From a virus (lineage: Duplodnaviria; Caudoviricetes): DNA of 51,552 nt. The notes under the pieces are model-generated. The model worked only from the letters and a program-made list of their open reading frames with translations, was not told the DNA's origin and did not search any database. Of this stretch, positions 45,586 to 51,552 are shown piece after piece. The position numbers were made by a program, and so were the translations under genes. Location of the stretch: the IMG/VR virus record IMGVR_UViG_3300027987_000379, positions 1-51,552 of that record. One strand, given 5' to 3'. Within the stretch, counting starts at the first letter, position 1, and the number at the start of each line of letters is the position of its first letter.

Positions 45586-46647
45586 ATGAGCTTCGCTATC
45601 CTGGAAAACAACAATCAAACGTTACTGCTCAAGACAGTTAGAGACGTATTGGGTCGATCGATATCAACATCGTTTATCTATCAGCCGGGTGGAGCTGGGA
45701 ATGGTCCGGTAGTGTTTTCTAGTTGGCAATCGCTGATAACCGCATTGAATTCAGCAAGAGTAGCTGGCGGTGGAAATGTTGGCGGTCCATTTACGATAGT
45801 AATTGACGATTCTATCACCTCACCTGCAACAATACCTGCTGGCACATATGATATGACAAATGTTGCATTATCCGGGCTTCCTGTTGGCGCGTTTGCATCA
45901 GTTGCAAATGTTAGCGAAGGAGTCATCTTCACACGATTGAGAAGAGTCATTTCTAGCCTTGAATTGGCATTCACAGGTGCGACTGCCCCTATAGCAGATA
46001 TGCAAAGCAGTGATGTTTTTTTCATCCAAGATAATTCGACCATAAGAGCAGACGGGACAGGGCCAATGGTGGATATCTCTGGAGGGTCAAGTGCATTTTT
46101 TATTGTCAATAGCAATGCATTTATAAATCAGGGATCTGCTCCAGCAATTCATGCACGCGATTCTTCTGCGGCATTCATTATTGTTGGTAACGACTGCATT
46201 GTGTCGCAGAATTCATTGTCATGCACTGCAGACTCTTCGATTATATGCAGTGCGCAAGATCCAAGCGTCGCTATTTCAACAGACCATTCTGGCATACTAG
46301 GGTTTAGTCAATTCGCTTACACTGGGGTTACACGGTGGAGAGCAAATGCGAAAAGAACGACGCCGGTAACCACTGTTAACCCTGGATACATGTATAAGTT
46401 TGATACTACCTCTGCGGCTATCGCTCAGACTATGCCAAGTGCTGCCACTTTTTTCCCTGGCGATTCCGTAATATTCAAGAAGGTTGCTGGGGTAAACAGT
46501 TTAACTATTACGCCATTTAGTGGAGATACGATTGATGAATCATCAGCTCCGGTTGTCATTTCATCGCCTACGGGGGTAGCGACATTCGTCCGCGGAGATC
46601 TTCCTGGGCTTGATTGGTCGTTGATTCATCTAACTGGTATAATTTAA
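45586..46647 (+). CDS. Putative receptor-binding/tailspike protein B (tandem paralog of A)
   Basis: Shared LLLKTVR, QPGG.GNGP.VFS.W, FTRLRR and C-terminal domain. Confidence 0.7.
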   Translation: MSFAILENNNQTLLLKTVRDVLGRSISTSFIYQPGGAGNGPVVFSSWQSLITALNSARVAGGGNVGGPFTIVIDDSITSPATIPAGTYDMTNVALSGLPVGAFASVANVSEGVIFTRLRRVISSLELAFTGATAPIADMQSSDVFFIQDNSTIRADGTGPMVDISGGSSAFFIVNSNAFINQGSAPAIHARDSSAAFIIVGNDCIVSQNSLSCTADSSIICSAQDPSVAISTDHSGILGFSQFAYTGVTRWRANAKRTTPVTTVNPGYMYKFDTTSAAIAQTMPSAATFFPGDSVIFKKVAGVNSLTITPFSGDTIDESSAPVVISSPTGVATFVRGDLPGLDWSLIHLTGII

Positions 46648-46649
46648 TG

Positions 46650-47006
46650 ATGGCAGTTCCTCCACGTCGTCGGATATCTACAACAGAGCCCGGGTATCAG
46701 TCATCGGAGTTAAATGCATTGCGCATCGACCAACTTCAGCATGAGGCAGATAGTTTGCGATCAACAAGCTCCAGGATGACGTCAAAGATCGAAGAATTAC
46801 GCAATCTTCTGACTAGCCATACAGAGCGACTTGAGCAATTGAAGGAGTCTCGTGATAAGATAGGGGCAAGGGTCGGTCATATTGAAGGGCTCGTATCCGA
46901 CCTTGTCGGATGGAAGAAACTTCTATTATTTATAGGCGGGGTTGGTTCAATTGGGTTAGGCGCATTAATCAAATCACTGATTGATGCACTCATGGCAGGA
47001 GGATAG
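46650..47006 (+). CDS. Coiled-coil protein with C-terminal TM (lysis-module accessory)
   Basis: Heptads then hydrophobic tail; CTGGTATAAT 6 nt upstream; alternative ATG at 46647. Confidence 0.6.
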   Translation: MAVPPRRRISTTEPGYQSSELNALRIDQLQHEADSLRSTSSRMTSKIEELRNLLTSHTERLEQLKESRDKIGARVGHIEGLVSDLVGWKKLLLFIGGVGSIGLGALIKSLIDALMAGG

Positions 47007-47013
47007 AGAGAAA

Positions 47014-47247
47014 ATGGCTGATACGACAATCATGAAACCTGGATACAAAACAACAGAGTTTTGGCTCATTGTGGCCGTTATGACTCTCTGCACCCTTGTC
47101 TCATCTGGCATCCTGGGCTCGGGTGGCATGGTTGAGACTGTGGTTGGTATTGCGGGACAGATTCTGAGCGGACTTGGATATGGCCAGTTCCGCGCCACGG
47201 TAAAGAAGGAATTTGAGAAACGTCTTGGCCAAGGTTCTGAGGAGTAA
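47014..47247 (+). CDS. Holin-like two-TM protein
   Basis: KPGYKTTEFWL followed by two hydrophobic helices. Confidence 0.7.
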   Translation: MADTTIMKPGYKTTEFWLIVAVMTLCTLVSSGILGSGGMVETVVGIAGQILSGLGYGQFRATVKKEFEKRLGQGSEE

Positions 47248-47465
47248 TGTGGGCCATCATCGCTATCTGTCTTGCTGCTGTCGTTGGCGGCTTGGGGGTT
47301 CTTCTGTTTAAAAAAGTTCGCCAGGACAAAGCAATTGAACAGACAATTCAGGACAGCGTTGACCAGAAGGTTAGCGGCTGGATTGCAAGAGAACTGCAAA
47401 GACGAAAGACAGAGGATGATGCATCAGCGCTCGATGATTTCACAAATCGTTTTGGTAGGGATTAA
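47247..47465 (+). CDS. N-anchored membrane protein (possible i-spanin)
   Basis: N-terminal TM plus helical charged domain. Confidence 0.5.
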   Translation: MWAIIAICLAAVVGGLGVLLFKKVRQDKAIEQTIQDSVDQKVSGWIARELQRRKTEDDASALDDFTNRFGRD

Positions 47466-47468
47466 GAT

Positions 47469-47831
47469 ATGATGTCAAGGATAATCTTGGCGTTCGCATT
47501 CCTTCTTTCTGTTTGCATCGCTCAGGCGGATGATGCACGAATACTCCCTGAGGGGACTTTGGTAATTGTCAAGAAGCCAGACAACCCAATGCCAATCGAG
47601 TTCAGTGTTATAGATCAGACTCACTTTATTATCACTCGTGACGAGCTCGACAGAGCCAGCGCAGTCGATGTGGTCAACAACGAACTTAAGAAGTATTTGA
47701 TTGACTGCCAACATCAATTAGTTCAAGAAAGAAACCGGGATAGGGGCACGAGATTTACGTCTGTTTTGAAGTGGACCGGTGTCGCCGCGTCCATCGTGGG
47801 GGCATTCTATCTTGGAACACGAATCCGATGA
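47469..47831 (+). CDS. Secreted/membrane lysis accessory (possible spanin)
   Basis: Signal peptide, coiled segment, C-terminal TM. Confidence 0.5.
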   Translation: MMSRIILAFAFLLSVCIAQADDARILPEGTLVIVKKPDNPMPIEFSVIDQTHFIITRDELDRASAVDVVNNELKKYLIDCQHQLVQERNRDRGTRFTSVLKWTGVAASIVGAFYLGTRIR

Positions 47832-48009
47832 CTCTTTATACCATGCGTTTCAAGACGCATACCTGGAAGTGCAGCGCTTGAGAGATGAACTCCATAGTAT
47901 ATTGTACATTGTAAGAACGCAGAAGGATCGTGACATCTGGCTTTCTATCATTGAGAAGGCATTGCGCCGTTCGCTGCAGAGATATTCGGCTCCAATACGA
48001 CTCAGGTGA
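47812..48009 (+). CDS. Hypothetical protein
   Basis: TTG start with G-rich RBS; fills the gap before the endolysin. Confidence 0.45.
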   Translation: MEHESDDSLYHAFQDAYLEVQRLRDELHSILYIVRTQKDRDIWLSIIEKALRRSLQRYSAPIRLR

Positions 48010-48012
48010 AAT

Positions 48013-48735
48013 ATGGACTGGTTGGCAAAATTTCTGCATTGGCTCCTGGCAAAACGTGACACAGGTATTGTTCCGCCGCGAGAGCCTCGCCAGGAAGATC
48101 ATCCCGGCGAGGCGGATAGCTCCATCGGTCCCGTTGCGATTATTCGAACAAGAGAGTGGAAACCATTCGATGGCCCATTGGACGCGATGCCAACGAATCG
48201 TCGAGAAGTATATGAAATGTTCGGAAATCCCGGATCTGGATCGGTCAATCCGAAGTGGCGCAAAGAAAATATAGAGACATACAGAGACCTGCCTGGGATT
48301 CCACGCAAATGGTACTTTCAATTTCATAGGCTTTGCGAACCTTATCTGCGAGAGGGGTTGCGAAGGGCGCAAATAGCCTCGCCGGAGCATGTCATCACGC
48401 GGGCGGCCGGATTTGTGTTTCGGCACATGCGGCATGACTCATCGCAGCCATTATCTATGCATTCGTTTGGTATTGCCGCGGATTTTAACCCCAAGGAGAA
48501 TTCTGCGAAGTGGTTCAGGCCTCGAGGGACCGCCCCAGAGGCGTGGAGCGACCAGTATTGGGATATCTGGCCCAAAGGATTGCCAAGACCATGGACAGAG
48601 GCCATGCAATCTGTTGGGTTCGCCTGGGGAGGTGACTGGGATGAGGACGGGTCTTCCGTTGATCACACTTTCTTTGATGGCATGCATTTTGAATGGATTG
48701 ACCGCAGCAGGGGGAAATTTCCACATAAAGTGTGA
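48013..48735 (+). CDS. Endolysin, M15 family peptidase
   Basis: R..R, LSMHSFGIAADFN, WGGDW, DGMHFE. Confidence 0.9.
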   Translation: MDWLAKFLHWLLAKRDTGIVPPREPRQEDHPGEADSSIGPVAIIRTREWKPFDGPLDAMPTNRREVYEMFGNPGSGSVNPKWRKENIETYRDLPGIPRKWYFQFHRLCEPYLREGLRRAQIASPEHVITRAAGFVFRHMRHDSSQPLSMHSFGIAADFNPKENSAKWFRPRGTAPEAWSDQYWDIWPKGLPRPWTEAMQSVGFAWGGDWDEDGSSVDHTFFDGMHFEWIDRSRGKFPHKV

Positions 48736-48757
48736 ACATAGTATTACAATGACTTCA

Positions 48758-48825
48758 GGGCCATCGTGGGGCTCGTGTCTGCCAGGAGATTCCCATCTGT
48801 AAACTCCTGGTTCCCACGATGGCCC
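48758..48825 (+). ncRNA. Candidate small structured RNA
   Basis: Perfect 13-bp outer stem plus 7-bp inner stem; TACAAT 7 nt upstream. Confidence 0.4.
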
Positions 48826-48831
48826 GCCTAA

Positions 48832-48847
48832 TGTTTCATGTGGAACG
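48832..48847. promoter_or_regulatory. parS-like palindrome
   Basis: TGTTTCATGTGGAACG vs bacterial parS TGTTNCACGTGNAACA. Confidence 0.4.
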
Positions 48848-49065
48848 GCTGCTTGGTTGGATTGGACAAAACCACAGAGGTTACCACAAACTTGCAATCT
48901 CCATTAACATCATTCAATCTGTTGACATTATGATGTTACAGATGCATTGCAATCCGCTGCTAAAGCAATGGCTGCTACGCCAGAGTGACAAAATGGCTCA
49001 TGATCTGGGCTGGGGCCTGAGTATAGAGAAACAACCGGAAGCTGCTCCAGGGGTCGCCAAGATAT

Positions 49066-49767
49066 CTATTTCTCGTTCTGAGTATCGATATCAACCATCT
49101 CAATGGTGATGGCCTGGCGACTGCCTATGACTGTTCTGTAGTGCGTGGTGCCTGTGATTGCAAAATAGGGCTTGTTCAAAGCCGTGATTGATGCGCCTTG
49201 AATGACAGCTCCCTCATGGTTGGGCAATATGAATATGATGCCTCTGAGGTTTAGGCTTCTGAAAAACGCCAATGAATCGTTAGGGACCTGGAACGACTCA
49301 ATTTGCCTGTCCTCGTAAAAGTCGAGCTCAATGACATGATTCTGTAAATCTTCCAATGAATCAGTGCCGTCGAGTACGGATTGCATGACTGTCGTTAGTC
49401 CTGCATCGAAAATTACACCCTTGTATCCAAGCTTGATTGCCTGATTTACTACTTTCTGTTTTGCTTCATTCCGCTTTTTCTGGAGCTCAAGAAGTGCGTT
49501 AGCTTCGGATTCTCTGATTTGCGCGCGCCGCTCTTCTTCAGCCTGCTTTTCCTGCTCTAGTAACTGCTGCTTGCGTTCGTGTTCAGTGACCCGTTGCTGC
49601 TGTCGCTTGGCTGCGGCATCTCTTTCCGCTTGCTGCCTGTTGCGAGCGCGTTGTTCCAGCGCTTGGTATTCAGCCATGTTTTGGGCGCGATAGTCTTTGC
49701 GTGTGTTGCTATGGATTGGCGCGCATGAAGCCATGGTGAGAACAATTGCTATTGTTGATAGTTTCAC
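49066..49767 (-). CDS. Lipoprotein with long coiled coil
   Basis: MKLSTIAIVLTMASC lipobox; Q/E/R-rich helix. Confidence 0.7.
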   Translation of the reverse strand: MKLSTIAIVLTMASCAPIHSNTRKDYRAQNMAEYQALEQRARNRQQAERDAAAKRQQQRVTEHERKQQLLEQEKQAEEERRAQIRESEANALLELQKKRNEAKQKVVNQAIKLGYKGVIFDAGLTTVMQSVLDGTDSLEDLQNHVIELDFYEDRQIESFQVPNDSLAFFRSLNLRGIIFILPNHEGAVIQGASITALNKPYFAITGTTHYRTVIGSRQAITIEMVDIDTQNEK

Positions 49768-49913
49768 TTTTGTCTACCTTTCGAGAATGGGCCAATAAAT
49801 CCATATGACATCGCGGGATTGTTATCGATCAAATCATTTTTGATCTGGTCCATGACATCTGTCAATTGCTTTCTAAATTTAGTCTCGCCCTTGTCATTGT
49901 TGTTTGTCATCAT
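49764..49913 (-). CDS. Small hypothetical protein, 49 aa, not in ORF track
   Basis: ATGA and GTGA overlaps at both ends; RBS AAGGAG. Confidence 0.5.
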   Translation of the reverse strand: MMTNNNDKGETKFRKQLTDVMDQIKNDLIDNNPAMSYGFIGPFSKGRQK

Positions 49914-50422
49914 TTCTCTTCCTTTATAGGAAACGACGGGCTAACAAGGATTGGAAGGTGTAGGCCGGAAAATTCTGTATTGTCCAGCGCCTCGTATAAC
50001 TCTCCAAAGCATGAGCATTCATTTAGATCGATCTGTCTTTTGCAGTCCTCGAGTGCTTCAAAAGTCACAATCTTTCCAACAGAGAATCTTCTGTCATCTC
50101 GCAATATATTCCAATAGACATGGCGCTGCCATTTTGCGTATTTCTCCGAAGCTTTTACCTCGAATTCCTTTTCAGTCACTTTGATGACAGTGCCGATGGC
50201 GCGAGGTAGTTCAATGGGAGCATTGGGCACAAATCGGCGCCATGAGAATTTGATAGGCGCTGTAAACTCTTCAGGCCAAAGCTTACTGAAGATTACCTGC
50301 TTCAATGCTTCTATTGCTTGTCCGGTTACTTCCCTGGCTGTTCCCTCAAGATGAGGCTCCATGTCTTTCAACAATCTATGCACGTAATGCCGAAATATCT
50401 CATCGCTATAAATGTAGCTCAT
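49910..50422 (-). CDS. Hypothetical protein
   Basis: Start MSYIYSD with RBS AGGAAAGG. Confidence 0.65.
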   Translation of the reverse strand: MSYIYSDEIFRHYVHRLLKDMEPHLEGTAREVTGQAIEALKQVIFSKLWPEEFTAPIKFSWRRFVPNAPIELPRAIGTVIKVTEKEFEVKASEKYAKWQRHVYWNILRDDRRFSVGKIVTFEALEDCKRQIDLNECSCFGELYEALDNTEFSGLHLPILVSPSFPIKEEK

Positions 50423-50537
50423 GATTAAAACCTTTCCTGGGTTAATGGGAGTGCCTAGTTGGCGACGAGCGTGATGGATGCTGGTTTTCTGATAACTGTC
50501 CCAACAAATAACTGTGAATGCGCGGTATCTCCCATTT

Positions 50538-50843
50538 TTATCGTGTCCTTTCTGATGTTGTTTCATGTCTTTGGCGTCGCATATGGAGACGGGCTCCATG
50601 ATGAGCAAATGATCTGTCTGTCTTCGCAATAACCGATGCGAATTGTAACCAATGGCACTGGGTTGCCCTTGATTCGGGAGGGATGCTAAGAAACGCATCG
50701 GAAATGACGAGTACAATGTCCCGATGCGTCTTCAAGAGCTGAAATGCTTCCCGATTATCAATCGCGGTAAGAACCTCGTGATTTTTAAAAGATGGATGCA
50801 GGTGAAGATTTGATGCTTTCGTGTCAATAAGTAGTATTTTCAT
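50538..50843 (-). CDS. Single-domain response-regulator (REC)-like protein
   Basis: MKILLIDT..HEVLTA....EAFQLL...DIVLVISD; RBS AGGAG. Confidence 0.6.
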   Translation of the reverse strand: MKILLIDTKASNLHLHPSFKNHEVLTAIDNREAFQLLKTHRDIVLVISDAFLSIPPESRATQCHWLQFASVIAKTDRSFAHHGARLHMRRQRHETTSERTR

Positions 50844-50897
50844 TTTTGGGGGTCTCCTGTGGTTTTTTGCAAGGGGATTAAGCTGCGCGCTCACCGG

Positions 50898-51128
50898 CTA
50901 GACGCCGGCATCTATTTTTGCGACGAGCTCATCGAGGTCGTCCTGTGATAGCCATTTGCCTTCGTGTGGATTTCGTCCGATCCATACGGCGCCATCGTCG
51001 GTGATTTCGACGTGGGGGCAGTTGGTGGCTCGCACAATCCACGTCTCAAGCGTATCGTCGCTCCCCATCGCGTTGATGCGGCAGTCGGTGATCCAGTCAT
51101 TGTCTAGGGTGGCGATTTCTGTGGTCAT
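50898..51128 (-). CDS. Early hypothetical protein
   Basis: RBS AAGGAG; acidic. Confidence 0.7.
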   Translation of the reverse strand: MTTEIATLDNDWITDCRINAMGSDDTLETWIVRATNCPHVEITDDGAVWIGRNPHEGKWLSQDDLDELVAKIDAGV

Positions 51129-51173
51129 TGTCTTGCTCCTTTTTGCAGTTAGGTGACGGAGGGCAATAAAAAT

Positions 51174-51500
51174 TTATGCGGCGAGCTGATGCAACCATGG
51201 ATCGTCCTCCTCAAAGGAGGACTCAAAACCCCATTCGGTTGCGACTTCAGCCCAAAAATCTTTTTGCTGTATAGGAGCGGTCTTGCGGCTAGAGCCGCGG
51301 GTAATTACAGCTGTTGCTGGAGCTTGGATAAAATCTGAGTTGCCTGCTGCCAGGACCCATCCATGGTCCCATTCGGATTGAGCATCTGACCAGAATTCGT
51401 TTTCGGCGAGCACCTCATCACGATAAGCCTGGGAAGTGGCTGGAACCTGAAAGAAGGGGGAAAGTCCGATTCGCGTCCTTTGGGTTTTTGTCGTGTCCAT
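51174..51500 (-). CDS. First early hypothetical protein (apparently leaderless)
   Basis: ATG 6 nt below a -10 box; acidic/aromatic. Confidence 0.6.
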   Translation of the reverse strand: MDTTKTQRTRIGLSPFFQVPATSQAYRDEVLAENEFWSDAQSEWDHGWVLAAGNSDFIQAPATAVITRGSSRKTAPIQQKDFWAEVATEWGFESSFEEDDPWLHQLAA

Positions 51501-51552
51501 GAATCTAATCTAACACCGCACGGTTACCAAATCAACCCCAAAGGACACCGCG
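51499..51552. repeat. Terminal direct repeat, right copy
   Basis: 53/54 identity to positions 1-54. Confidence 0.95.
51507..51535 (-). promoter_or_regulatory. Leftward sigma70-like early promoter
   Basis: TTGATT-17 bp-TAGATT-6 nt-ATG on the minus strand (also positions 9-37 in the left repeat copy). Confidence 0.65.

Noticed and set aside
16378-48900. Numerous long minus-strand ORFs opposite structural genes (e.g. 31080-31895, 27943-28566, 32418-33050)
   Set aside because: Antisense shadows of well-supported plus-strand genes, with no motifs or RBS.
50423-50716. N-terminal 98 aa of the 268-aa ORF 49910-50716
   Set aside because: Overlaps the REC-like gene; a strong RBS supports a start at 50422.
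1-51552. tRNA genes or alternative genetic code
   Set aside because: No cloverleaf or T-loop motif noticed by eye (tRNAscan not run); all three stop codons terminate core genes and coding density is high under code 11.

Overview
The window looks like an essentially complete, circularly assembled ~51.5 kb tailed-phage genome with a contractile tail (DUF3383 sheath, DUF3277 tube, Gp138 spike; E217/Pam3-like tail architecture). Bases 1-54 repeat at 51499-51552 with one mismatch. A rightward late arm (~15.3-48.7 kb) runs terminase, portal, MuF, protease, scaffold, capsid, neck, tail, baseplate, an elaborate fibre module and lysis. A leftward early arm (49.0-51.5 kb continuing into 1.0-15.1 kb) carries a YqaJ nuclease, probable annealase, HTH, replication initiator with iterons, DnaC-like loader, Dam-like protein, RusA, DUF3310 and many small ORFs. 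I saw no integrase, DNA polymerase, reverse transcriptase, tRNA or CRISPR array. Main observations: (1) stand-alone, diverged copies of the phage's own tail-protein domains lie outside the structural operon (clear for a fibre C-terminal domain and a BppU-like adaptor, fair for the sheath C-terminal domain, weak for tube, wedge, hub and spike), suggesting a decoy or assembly-interference system. (2) The prohead protease is fused to a His-ladder domain and a degenerate family-4 uracil-DNA-glycosylase-like domain. (3) The baseplate plug gene is missing from its usual slot and sits ~30 kb away on the other strand, fused to a LamG-like domain. (4) A chromosomal-type parS-like site and a candidate structured RNA follow the endolysin. 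All family calls are by-eye motif recognition and all alignments are manual; no database searches were run.
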